Assembly (NCBI RefSeq): GCF_006345805.1 | Contig: NC_042999.1 | Coordinates: 41,478,001 to 41,542,000 of the forward strand | Origin: Octopus sinensis | Taxonomy: Eukaryota | Direction of reading: 5' to 3' | DNA: 64,000 bases | Program-made: the position numbers and the translations under genes | Notes under the pieces: model-generated | Database searches by the model: none | Told to the model about the DNA's origin: nothing | The model's input: the letters and a program-made list of their open reading frames with translations, nothing else | Part shown: piece by piece, positions 52,311-64,000 of the stretch | Numbering within the stretch: position 1 is the first letter of the stretch | Layout of the letters: each line of letters opens with the position of its first letter

Positions 52311-52935
52311 TAGACATATATATATGTATATACCTTGCTACTGTCGTGAAAATATCGGTTTTCATGGATTTTCGTATTAACATCCAGCGATATACGTATA
52401 TTAATTTCTCAACATAATGGAATTGCCATGCGCTGAGATATGGATGCATTTCAAAGAATATTCATTCAGATTTTCTGCAACATTAAAAGTATAGTAACAA
52501 TAGTGTCTTTACTTGCCTTTCTGTGTTTTGCATCTGAAAATGGAGACATACGAAAATGGAGACATGATGATATCATGTGTTTTCCACGTTAAAAGATATT
52601 TTGGACGAAAGAATGTACGAAGGATTTTCTAAAGTTGTTTAAGGAACCATTAATATCACTCATTACTAATTATATTTCAACTTGTTTACGAGTATTTTTT
52701 CTTGAATATTGTTACCCAGCCTCATTTAAAAATAAATCTTTTAATGATATATAATATAAAACTCAATTACGATTGACAAAGTTTCCTCTTGTTTTACATG
52801 CAACAAACTCTATGTATGGTATACTTTTTCTTCGTTCCCAAAAGATTACAACCAATCACTACTAGCTGCGCGCACGCACAGACACACATACACACACATT
52901 CCTGCGTTTATGTATGTATATATATATATGTATTA

Positions 52936-53508
52936 TATATTATTAAAACCAACTGTATGAAGGGCATTTTGAGCACCGATGTATGACAACACCTGAGCGC
53001 TAGGTCGATTTCATAATGTTAATATATGTATATGCAAATATATTTTTCTATACATATACATATATATGTATATCTATCTATCTATCTATCTATCTATCTA
53101 CCTATCTATCTATCTATCTATCTATACTCTTTTACTCTTTTACTTGTTTCAGTCATTTGACCGCGGCCATGCTGAAGCACCGCCTTTAGTCGAGCAACTC
53201 GACCCCGGGACTTATTCTTTTGTAAGCCCAGTACTTATACTATCGGTCTATTTTGCCGAACCGCTAAGTAACGGGGACATAAACACACCAGCATCGGTTG
53301 TCAAGCAATGCTAGGGGGACAAACACACACACACGCATACATATATATACATATATGCGACGGGCTTCTTTCAGTTTCCGTCTACAAAATCCACTCACAA
53401 AGCTTTGGTCGGCCCGAGGCTATAGTAGAAGACAGTTGCCCAAGGTGCCACGCTGTGGGACTGAACCCGAAACCATGTGGTTGGTAAGCAAGCTACTTAC
53501 CACACAGC

Positions 53509-53595
<87 letters not shown>

Positions 53596-53738
53596 TACAT
53601 ACATATATATGTATGTATATGTATAGAAATATATATTTGCATATACATATATTAACATTATGAAATCGACCTAGCTCTCAGGTGATGTCATACATCGATG
53701 CTCAAAATGCCCTTCATACAGTTGGTTTTAATAATATA
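52936..53738. mobile_element. Fold-back/MITE-like element with arms of about 190 bp and a SINE in the centre
   Basis: tatattattaaaaccaactgtatgaagggcattttgagc.. at 52936 and its near-perfect complement ending at 53738; (TCTA)n and (TAGA)n are mirrored too. Confidence 0.88.
53125..53511 (-). mobile_element. SINE S2, full length
   Basis: Reverse complement of the S2 consensus. Confidence 0.93.
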
Positions 53739-54083
53739 AAAAGGGGTAAAGACCCCCTTCGGTCATGAGTGACCATGGGTTTGCACCTAGAGAGTTACCC
53801 TCTGAGGCACAAGTCTGGGCAAGGTTGTTTTTTTATGGAAGACCAGTAGTCGCCCATGCATACCGGCCTCCCCTCTCCACGCCACCAGTGTTATCCAAGG
53901 GAAAGACAAAGGTCGATACAGCTTGGCACCTGTGACGTCGCAACTCATTTCTACAGCTGAGTGAACTGGAGCAACGTGAAATAAAGTGTCTTGCTCAAGA
54001 ACACAACACGCAGCACGGTCCGGGATTCGAGCTCACAACCTCACGATCGTAAGCTCGACGCTCTAACCACTGAGCCATGCGCC
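53739..54083 (-). mobile_element. tRNA-derived CORE-like SINE with a distinct tail and 12-bp TSD
   Basis: Minus strand aggcgcatggctcagtggttagagcg..gagctcgaatccc..gttcttgagcaagacac; TSD tttaataatata at 53727-53738 and 54084-54095. Confidence 0.9.
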
Positions 54084-54106
54084 TTTAATAATATATATAT
54101 ATAAAT

Positions 54107-54142
<36 letters not shown>

Positions 54143-54184
54143 GAGTAAATATTGAAGTGAGTACTCGTAAAGATTATTATTATC

Positions 54185-54229
<45 letters not shown>

Positions 54230-54603
54230 ATTATATTATTATTATTAGCGGCAAGTCTAAATAACTGATAATAAGAACAATAATAACATTAGTGGCAGCA
54301 ATTGAAATTAGCCTTAAGCAGCTCTACAACAAATTCATAATTATATCAGAGGTTACAGGGAGCACCTACTTGCTAGAAAGTGGAAATAAAATCCCTCAAC
54401 TTAACTATTAACATCACTGAAAATATTCAACGGACAAACAGAAATCGAGCAAACGAGCGGAATTTAACACTCTATCTCAGAAAAGGTGTAGAATGAGGTA
54501 ACAGATATACTTGGATCATGATCTCGGCTCGTAATCCATTACGATTTGAATAGTCTCGCGCCAAATTAAAAACAATTGCAGTGCATTATATATATATATA
54601 TAT

Positions 54604-54830
54604 ATAACTTATAAATAAGGGCAAACGAAAAAATATCTAGTGCCAAACATGCCGAAAATTGGACATATTGTCCATTACCATATCATTTTTCACAATATGC
54701 ATGCTACTCGAAAAAAAGCCGACAGAGTAGCGTGCGTATTGTGAAAAATTATATGGTAATGGACAATATGTCAAATTTTCGGTATATTTGGCATTAGAAA
54801 TTATTTCGTTTGCCCTTATTTATAAGTTAT
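54604..54830. mobile_element. PLE-like fold-back (arms about 105 bp, 15-nt spacer)
   Basis: Arms 54604-54709 and 54725-54830, spacer gaaaaaaagccgaca; (TA)n on the left. Confidence 0.85.
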
Positions 54831-55239
54831 TTATAATTTTAACCTTTAAAGGTATTTTTAATATGCTGTCCATTGATAAAACTTTTTTTTTCTAAACAAA
54901 TTTTATCCTACATTAAATATATATATATACATATATATATAGAAAATAGTAAAGAGTGAAAAAACGACAGAAGGCTTAAACAAGCTGGAGCTTTGCGTAC
55001 CCTCTAATATACTTATGAATTTGTGTGTATATGCGTGCGTGCGTGTGCGTGTGTGTGTATACGTGTGTGTGTGTGCGTGTGTGTGTGTGTGTACATACAT
55101 ACATCACTACATACATACATACATAATAAATACACACACACACATACATAAGTTTACTATTCATAACATCGTATGCTAAAATAGATGTACAGAAGCGATT
55201 TCAGAAAATAACATATGCACATATTACTAATATATTCAC

Positions 55240-55575
55240 GTGGCATCTTGGGCAAGTGTCTTCTGCTATAGCCTCGGGCCGACCAATGCCTTGTGAGTGG
55301 ATTTGGTAGACGGAAACTGAAAGAAGCCTGTCGTATATATATATATATGTATGTGTGTATGTTTGTGTGTCTGTGTTTGTTCCCCTAGCATTGCTTGACA
55401 ACTGATGCTGGTGTGTTTACGTCCCCGTCACTTAGCGGTTCGGCAAAAAGAGACCGATAGAATAAGCACTGGGCTTACAAAAAGAATAAGTCCGGGGTCG
55501 AGTTGCTCGACTAAAGGCGGTGCTCCAGCATGGCCGCAGTCAAATGACTGAAACAATTAAAAGAGTAAAGAGTAT
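55240..55575 (+). mobile_element. 5'-truncated SINE S2
   Basis: gtggcatcttgggcaagtgtc..gactgaaacaattaaaagagtaaagag. Confidence 0.9.
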
Positions 55576-55716
55576 ATAACGTGGTGTAGTTTATAATCTC
55601 AAGTACCAGCCTATTCATCGTAGCGAGCTAAAATTTGTATGGGCATTTACTAATGCTTCATTATTTGATGGGGAAAAAAATCAAGAAATATTTTTGCATT
55701 TTAATCGAAACTTATC

Positions 55717-55934
55717 ACGAGAGGTTACTGAAGAGTTCCTGGCTTTAAAGGTATCGCGAAAGGCTTGTTTGGAGACTCAACCGTTCAAGTTCTTTTAAGG
55801 GCTTGGAAAAACTGAAGGACTGCTGCAATAAGTGTGTGAATGTGAGAGGGTAAAGTGATGAAGAAAAGCATTATTAACAGATTCTCGAGGGTTTTCTTTT
55901 GCACAAAGCTAGGAACGTTTCAGGACCCCTCGTA
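55717..55934 (+). mobile_element. Mariner deletion derivative (MITE, about 218 bp)
   Basis: TIRs acgagaggttactgaagagttcctggcttt and aaagctaggaacgtttcaggacccctcgta; internal KGLEKLKDCCNKCVNVRG* resembles a mariner transposase C-terminus. Confidence 0.8.
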
Positions 55935-56124
55935 TGTAAATATGAAAACTAGGATACTGGTCTAAATCTTTCCTCCAGCATGACTATAACTCTATCCTAG
56001 TCTTTCACGGTGTGTGCAATACGTCATAAATGTTTCGGATGGCGATACTAATAAAGGCAAACAAACATAATAGTCTATCGATTGTCTGAAACAACTAAAA
56101 TTTTGAAATCGTAAGAGAAATATT

Positions 56125-56328
56125 ACTCTTTTACTCTTTTACTTGTTTCAGTCATTTGGATTTGGCCATGCTGGAGCACCGCCCTTAGTCGAGCAAATTG
56201 ACCACAGCACTTATTCTTTGTAAGTCTAGTACTTATTCTATCGGTCTCTTATGCCGAACCAGCGTCGGTTGTCAAGCGATGTTGGGGGGGACAATCACAG
56301 GCACACAATCATACGCACACACACACCC

Positions 56329-56359
<31 letters not shown>

Positions 56360-56520
56360 ATATATATATAGGACGGGCTTCGTTTAGTTTCCGTCTACCA
56401 AATCCGCTCACAAGTCTTTGGTCGGCCCGAGACAATAGTAGAAGACACTTGCCCAAGGTGCCACGCAGTGGGACTGAACCCGAAATCATGTGGTTGGTAA
56501 GCAAGCTACTTAACACACAG
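56125..56520 (-). mobile_element. SINE S2
   Basis: Reverse complement of S2 with an internal deletion. Confidence 0.9.
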
Positions 56521-57993
56521 CCTATGAATATTGTTGAACATTAGCACATCATACCGTACTAATTGATTAGGAAGCTCGTGAAAAGCTCACCTTATCACCG
56601 TTCTGTCACACTGTTGTGTTACGCTGTTTTGTGACTGTTTTGTTGCGTCGTTTTGTCACTGCTTTGTTACACAGTTTTGCTAATTGATTGCTCCATTCTT
56701 TCAGATGTGTAGAATACATGAGGAAGCCTAAAAAACTGTACATAACTTGCACTATTATACTTGTTTAATTGCTGATGCTTGTTCATAAAATTGAATGATG
56801 ACCGTATTTTAGGGATCGTTCAATCACTCTACACTCTAATCCATGTGTACTACATTTCCTTTTAATGAGATAAGTAAATATTTGTTGGGGAAGAGCATAT
56901 ATACCACAGCACACTGTATGCGTATTTTCTCACATTTACTGCAAACATTGAGTGTTGTGTTTCCTCCATAGCTTCCAAACAGAGACCGTCAAATTAAGCA
57001 ACGGAGAGAGATGAAATTTCTCTTTGATTGGTTGCTCTCGATCTGCTTGAAAGTGGTATTCAGCTGGTGCTTAAATGGTTTATATTCTTCTAATCCAAAA
57101 CTCACACACATACACATAAACAAACACACACACTCTCGCACCCACGTACACACACATATATATTTACATATTGGTAGCATAAATATCTATTTATCTTACT
57201 GTCGGTTAATTTGGTGGCATTTATGGATCACTATATATCAATGATATTCAATTTGCATAAATTCTACTACTTACTCCACGTTATTTAAACATCGTAATAG
57301 CGAAGCAAAACAGTTACGAACAATTTAAACCACAGACACACACACACGCAAACACTCATATATGTGTGTGTGTGTGTAAGTATATACCTACAGACATACG
57401 AATATATATGTGTATATATATATATAAACACACAAATAGTATTCATATAAGCGTGTGTATATATGTATGTATATGTGTGTGCAAATATGTATGTGTGTAA
57501 AGTGTGTGTATGCAGATTCTAAAATGCATTATATCATTAGAGAGTAAAATGACATGAAATAATAACAAAATAAAAACGGATGAACTGGTAAATATAATAT
57601 CACGAATCAAAATATTGAATTTGGCGAACACGGAAATGCATATTCTAAATATGTGGTACACTAAAGGCCCTCCAGCTAAACATGCCACATGCGGTAAACG
57701 TTTTAATCAAGAACTATCATCCTGCTGTAATTGAATAAAGGAAATGTATTTAAATGTCTACATTTGTAAAGATTTCAGATCTTTTGTTATATTGTTGAGT
57801 TCATTAGATTACTTAAGAAAAGATAATCCTCTGTAATACACATGTTACTATATAAAGATACAATTGTTATGCACAACGATCGATAATTCCCCAATTAACT
57901 TTGAGGTTGTCAATGTCGTAGTTATTCTTCTTTCATATACATATATATGTATATGTGTGTATACCCATTTATACATATGTTTATATATATTGT

Positions 57994-58070
<77 letters not shown>

Positions 58071-59006
58071 TACATAGATTCATACATGCATACATACATA
58101 CATATCTATATCTACAGAGGTGATATTTATCCCGACTTAAACGTGGATATTATGTCAGATATGAGAGGAACTCACATACTGGCTGTTGGTGCTAGCAGGG
58201 ATATAAATCACCGCCACTTACAGCGCGGAGACCACTAGTTCAGATGATTTCGCCCCTCTTTGGTCTTGTCAATGTTGGGCGCTCACCAGCTAGAGATATA
58301 TATTTCAACAAGTTCACTTGCTAATTACGACACCTGTTCGTAATTGATCTGTTACTGGCCCTATTTATTACAGAAACAGCTTCCCGCTAAAGCGTATAAT
58401 TTCTTATGTTTACAAGTATATTGATGCTATCAACCCAACCATTATTTGTATTTTTATTGCATCTTTTTTTTGTTCATAGAGCAAATATAGACAACTTTAA
58501 TTATATTTCTTCTAAATAATGTCAATATCTCCCTTTTGTGTTGGACAGACATTTTGCTATGGAAATCGTTTCAATAGAGAGTATCCTCCTCATCTGCAAT
58601 GTGTTCGCAATCATATCATTAGGCTACGGATTATGACACCAGACAGTAAGACGCAAATGTTTCCACCTCTTAGGCATCATTAGCCATGGATATCAAATGG
58701 TGGGTCATAACCCTCAAAGAATACTTATTCATATATATATATATAAACAGCGACTCGTAGTTTTGATGGTTTTTATTAAAAGAAACACCCGTTCATTGAG
58801 TGTTATAAATGACATATCTATAGCTGCTAAAATATTACAATGCAGAAACCCATCTATTCTCTGCACCAATATTGAGCTTTCGTACATCATTGAGAAGAAT
58901 CGTTTCCTCACGTCCAAGTGTATACGAAACGCATTTATATATGATTGTAAGACCCATTTCCTTCTATGCTGCTCTACAACTTAATCTCCCTCTCTCTCTT
59001 TGTTTG

Positions 59007-59046
<40 letters not shown>

Positions 59047-59179
59047 GCTAACTATACACATACGTACGTAATAAATATATAAGACAGACGTACATGAATA
59101 TAGGTAGTACAATTTTAGTGTTTCTTAGTAAGATATTTATCAATGCAAAACACCAAACAACTAGCTGATACTATGATTA

Positions 59180-59476
59180 AATATTCTTTTACTCTTTTAC
59201 ACGTTTCAGTCATTTGACTAGGCCATGCTGGAACACCACCTTTTGTCGAAGAAATCGACCCTAGGACTTATTATTTGTAAGCCTATTACTTATTCCATCA
59301 GTCTCTTTTGCCGGTTGTGAAGCGATGATGTGGTGAAAAACACAGACACAAACACACACACTTAATTATATATACACACACACACGACAGGTTTCTTACA
59401 GGGTCTGTCTAAAAAATCCAATCACAAGGCTTTGGTCTGCCGGAGGCCATAGTAGGAGAGACTTACCCAAGGTGCA
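59180..59476 (-). mobile_element. Decayed, 5'-truncated SINE S2
   Basis: tttcagtcatttgactaggccatgctgg..acttacccaaggtgc. Confidence 0.8.
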
Positions 59477-60269
59477 ACTCCTTTACTCCTGTTGTGTCCA
59501 ATTTAATTGCAGTATCCCATGTTTCTATTTCTTTATATAGTTTTTCGTTACGTCCGTTATGTCCGTTATATAATAAAATGTATTTTCTTTCCCAGGGTGA
59601 GGGTGGTGGGATTTGGAGCTCCTGTGTGCTTATGCTTGTCTTTATATCAGGCGGGACATGGAGAGGACTGGTGTCTGTAGGGAGCGGTTGGCGTCGAGTG
59701 GATGTGGGTGGGGCGAGTGGCAAGGTATGAAATCCCTTGCCAGACTGGTTTCAATGCCTTATCTATTTGTACCGTCGACATATTCTTAATTTTTCTGACT
59801 ACTATTGAATACGTTCTATAAATTACCGTTCTTCCTGCTACTTCCTTCGAAACGTCTTTTGGAGGAACACCTTCACTTCGTTTCCCTCCCTTTCAAGCAT
59901 TCCTTTAAACTTGCTTACATCCTCCAACCATATGTCTTCGTATTTTTCTTCTTTCTTTTTCGATTATCGTCGTACATATCAGTGTAAATTAAAGGGACAT
60001 ATTTTTAATGCTTTGATGTACAGCTGCAACTCACTTTTTAGACAATTCCTGTTGAATAGTTTCTATAGACCGGTCTTTAATAGGGATACTTTTATTCATT
60101 CGCCTTAGAAGAATTTTGATATCTTATTTTATGTTTAAAGGAGTCGTGTATGAGGAGTAATTAATGTTACAAACATTTGTTCTTCGTATTAGAAGTCACA
60201 TAATACTGTATCTTGGCATTTTTATTTTTGAACGCACTAAAAGTTAAATCATTATTACAGTAATAAATT

Positions 60270-60410
60270 CAGTTCAAATTCAGGCAACATCGACTTTGCC
60301 TTTCATCCTTTTGGGGTCGATAAAAAAATACCAGTTAAACACTGGGGTCGATGCAACTGACTAGCCCCCTCCCCCGAAATTACTGGCCTTGTGCCAAAAT
60401 TCGAATACCA
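60270..60410 (+). mobile_element. SINE S1b 3' half
   Basis: gttcaaattcaggcaacatcgactttgcctttcatcc..ggccttgtgccaaaattcgaatacc. Confidence 0.8.
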
Positions 60411-62974
60411 TCATTATACTCATGGATTACCTTGTCGAAAAGTTCCTTGAAATTTCAGATTTTTCAGATCCTTCTATAACATTCAAGCGAACTAAATTAA
60501 GTAGGGTTACATCCACATGTAGAACCATCTTTGCACACCCCTCCAATCGGTGAAGCAAAATAGATCCGATAATATTTGAAGCAGAAATCATTTCAGCTAA
60601 ACCGAACCAAGCCGCAAAACGTAAACTCTTCTTTGTTATAGGGAAATGCAGGTTTAAGCAATGTTCGTTCAACCACACATCATCTCTCGAACACAAAGAG
60701 AACAAGAGTTCCTCAGCATCATGGAGTTATATGTAGGTTTCAAAATTGGAAAATTATGGCTTTGAAATGAAGTAGAACTTATTTCTAACATAATATTACT
60801 AACATATCGTGATTTAAATGCTTCTTGTAGAAGGTTCAGCGTTCATATAGTAACCCCCGATAGTTTTCCAATGAAATTTGCTCTTGTGACTTTTTATTCC
60901 CAAGAACGGAGTCTTCGAAACAATCCGCAAACATTTCCAACCGAGATAAAAATTCTCCAATACAAAACACAAATAAAGAAAATTAAAACGAAAGCAAACA
61001 AACAAACAAAAAAAAGCCCGGAAGAGTGAATTTTGAAGGAGGAGGACAATATTCATAATTTTTCATATTGTTTTTTAAATTGAAAGCATTTTCTTTTCCA
61101 ATTTATGAATAATTAAAGTCATTTTCCAAGTTAGAACTAATTAATAAATTTAACTACTACTATTATAATAAAAATAAAATATTTAAGAAACAATGAAAGA
61201 AACGAATGTGTTCTCTGGATTAATTCATGATTTCTCTGTAATTTCTCTTTATTTCCGACTGTCTTTTTTTCTGAAGAAAAAAAATGAATAAGAATACACC
61301 AATTACTTCTGTGAACAGTTAACAACAGATTTATTTCGTGTGCAAAACAACATTTCTATTTTGCATCAGGGCTGTTCAACGGGAAATATCTGGGTTTCAT
61401 AATTGCACTGCAATTATTCACTGTCATATTCTGTACATAAAAACTATCCTCTGACCTCTCTCTCCCTTTCTCTCTCTTTTCCACTCTTTCTCTTCCCCTC
61501 TCTTTGTCTGTCTTACTTTTTCCTTGCTAATTCAACTATTTCTATCACTACATCTCTTCTTTCACTCCTTTATTCATGGCCCCTTATATTTAAATACAAT
61601 ATTTTTTTATAAAATCAGGGCATGGGATGAAAGTATAAAACGTACTGTAGAATCAACGTTTTGGTATTTGTTGCAGAATAAAGGTATTTTCCACTCTTTA
61701 TGTTTTGGGTTCAAATCTTGCCAAGATAAACTTTAGCTTTTATCTTTTCTAGCTCCATTGTCTGAAAACAACTGGTTTGTGCTTTAATTAATTGCAATTT
61801 TTTAATGCACAAAATAAAATCGTGAGCTGGTAGAAACTTAAGAGTTGTAAAAAAATTATCTTCCATATTTGTTACTGCTTTTCACATTGTGAGTACAAAT
61901 TCCGACCTGGTCAACTTATCTTTATACCTTTTTAGGATCAAGAAAATATAATATCTATCAAGATTTGAAGTTAATGGTATGGACTTACATACTTCCCACA
62001 AATTTACTGGTCTGTTACCTAACATAAAAAACTATTTAATAAAGAAAATAATTTTAACGATTCTGCCACCTCACCGCCCTTATTCTATGTAAAATATTGT
62101 CTCTCGGTGTTTTTTCGATACTAGTAGAGCTTTTTAAATAGACATCATTTCATATTGATATGCTCAAATGTATGTGTGAGATACTGGAAGAATATATAAT
62201 TTTGTATCTCTTTTAATATGTGAAAGTGTGTACTTAATATTTGGAGATACTACTTTTAAATGAAAAATTTTAATAATGTATGGAAATTTCAGACAGCTCT
62301 TGTAATATTCATAGTCTCTCTCGAAAACTATTTTCTAATGTGTCGGAACAGCATACCTTGAAGTGTTTTCAGAAAAAGAAACCTCTTACAATATCGAGCA
62401 AGCTGAAATAATATCTTGTGAGAAGTTTTACATTAACATTCTCCAAGACGTTGTGGTGCTTCTTTGTTATTATTTTCTATGCCTGTTTACAATCTATTAT
62501 CCAGGATATTTGGCATAAACACCAGGATAGCACGAAGGAACACGTACTATATGAAGCAGTCAAGAAGGAAGAATTGTACGACAAGGGTTTAACTCGACGG
62601 TATTCTACAAAATCTTGATACTCGTTTAAAATACTGAACATTATTCCTTGGCTGTACGGATCCGTTACAGTGAGTACTATCAGTTCCACCTACAACTGCA
62701 GTCGAAAGTCTCAGTCGAGGAATTTTTCAGACAACCTTTTTCTTTCCAGTGATTTTAGACAAACGCTGACCCTTATTGCAAAGAGCACACCTGCCGAAGA
62801 GCAAGATTAGAAAAGAAAAAGAAGAAAAACGTCATTTTTACTGTAACTCGTAAGTTGCACTTAATAGAGGTGTCTTAGCAGCTTAGTTTATTCTAGTTTT
62901 GCTTCAGTTACATCTAAGGATCAGTTATTAGTTGACTCTGCAAGGCAGAATGTCAAAATGGAAAAATGTACTAG

Positions 62975-63136
62975 TGGCTGTGTGGTAAGTAGCTTGCTTA
63001 AGAACAACATGGTTCCGGGTTCAGTTCCACAGCGTGGCACCATGGGCAAGTGTCTTCTACTATAGCCTCGGGCCGACCAAAGCTTTGTCAGTGGATTTGG
63101 TAGACGGAAACTGAAAAGAAGCCCATCGTATATATG

Positions 63137-63181
<45 letters not shown>

Positions 63182-63385
63182 CTCCTGTGTTTGTCCCCCC
63201 AACATCGCTTGACAACCGATGCTTGTGTGTTTACGTCCCCGTAGCTTAGCGGTTCGGCAAAAAGAGACCGATAGAATGAGTAGAAGGCTTACAAAGAATA
63301 AAACCTGGGTCGATTTGCTCGATTAAAAGGTGGTGCTCCAGCAGAACCGCAGTCAAATGACTGAAACAAGTAAAAGAGTAAAAGA
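62975..63385 (+). mobile_element. SINE S2, full length
   Basis: gtggctgtgtggtaagtagcttgc..ggttcagttccac..gactgaaacaagtaaaagagtaaaaga. Confidence 0.93.
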
Positions 63386-64000
63386 TATACATCTAGAAAA
63401 TTGCAAATGAAAGTTTGACCTCGCTTCTTACAACATTATAGGGACCATGGGTGATTTTTCTAAACATGCCAGACTATTTTCAAAAAAATGATATTCTGAA
63501 GGGTGTTTGATACCGCCATTACTCAACAAGTATCGATCCATATCAGATGGTACAAGTTAGTTCGCACTGCAGTTGTCATTAAAGAGGCTGGCACCTATAT
63601 AACAGAGATCCTCAACTCTTTTAATCTTCACAATCTGCAACTGAAAATGGGACCATTCAACATGTTGCTATGGAATTTGCATGCACCTAAGGTCTTTACA
63701 GGTCTTTAAGAACTGTTGTGCCCCAAGTAGTCGATGCCACATTTATGGCCGGAGGCTTAGAAGAATAGATGATTTTATTTCTCCATATCATATCAGATAC
63801 GCTACACTTTCTATCAGATATGTTGTTTCAATTCAACTGCATTGCTTTTCAGTATTTATTTTTATGATCACGAACAAAGCTTAGGGGCAGTCACTTAGCT
63901 GCTGAATTTTAAATAAGTGCATGTGCCCTTATGTTCAGTTCAATATTCAATGGTCTAACCAGTTCTCCTGGTCTATGTAGTTTACAATAACATGAATGAT

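Noticed and set aside
56551-56690. Degenerate 11-13 bp minisatellite flanked by ctaattgatt
   Set aside because: Short and low-complexity; likely slippage.
59463-60000. Minus-strand proline-rich ORF, possibly decayed LINE ORF1
   Set aside because: The resemblance is too weak to assign without a profile search.

Overview
AT-rich, repeat-saturated eukaryotic intergenic or intronic DNA. The SINE families, LINE families and microsatellite load look like octopus/cephalopod DNA (inference, no database search run). I found no host gene, rRNA, true tRNA or CRISPR; most listed ORFs are translated microsatellites. Contents: (1) at least 14 fragments of R4/Dong-clade non-LTR retrotransposons (RT, CCHC knuckle, PD-(D/E)xK REL endonuclease) from several families, most younger copies embedded in (TAA)n tracts; (2) many tRNA-derived SINEs that swap body and tail modules; (3) a mariner transposase fragment, a mariner MITE, an RTE-like RT fragment and a Helentron-type HINE; (4) several long fold-back palindromes in TA-rich sites. 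Three fold-backs carry complete type-I hammerhead ribozyme folds, and a fourth is homologous to a ribozyme-bearing copy, as expected of Penelope-like element (PLE) pseudo-LTRs. One fold-back has a compensatory G3-C8 core on both strands inside a 13-bp TSD. These hammerhead fold-back mini-elements and a non-coding TAA-embedded element that may be a Dong passenger are the best leads. Coordinates were counted by hand; decayed-element boundaries are approximate.
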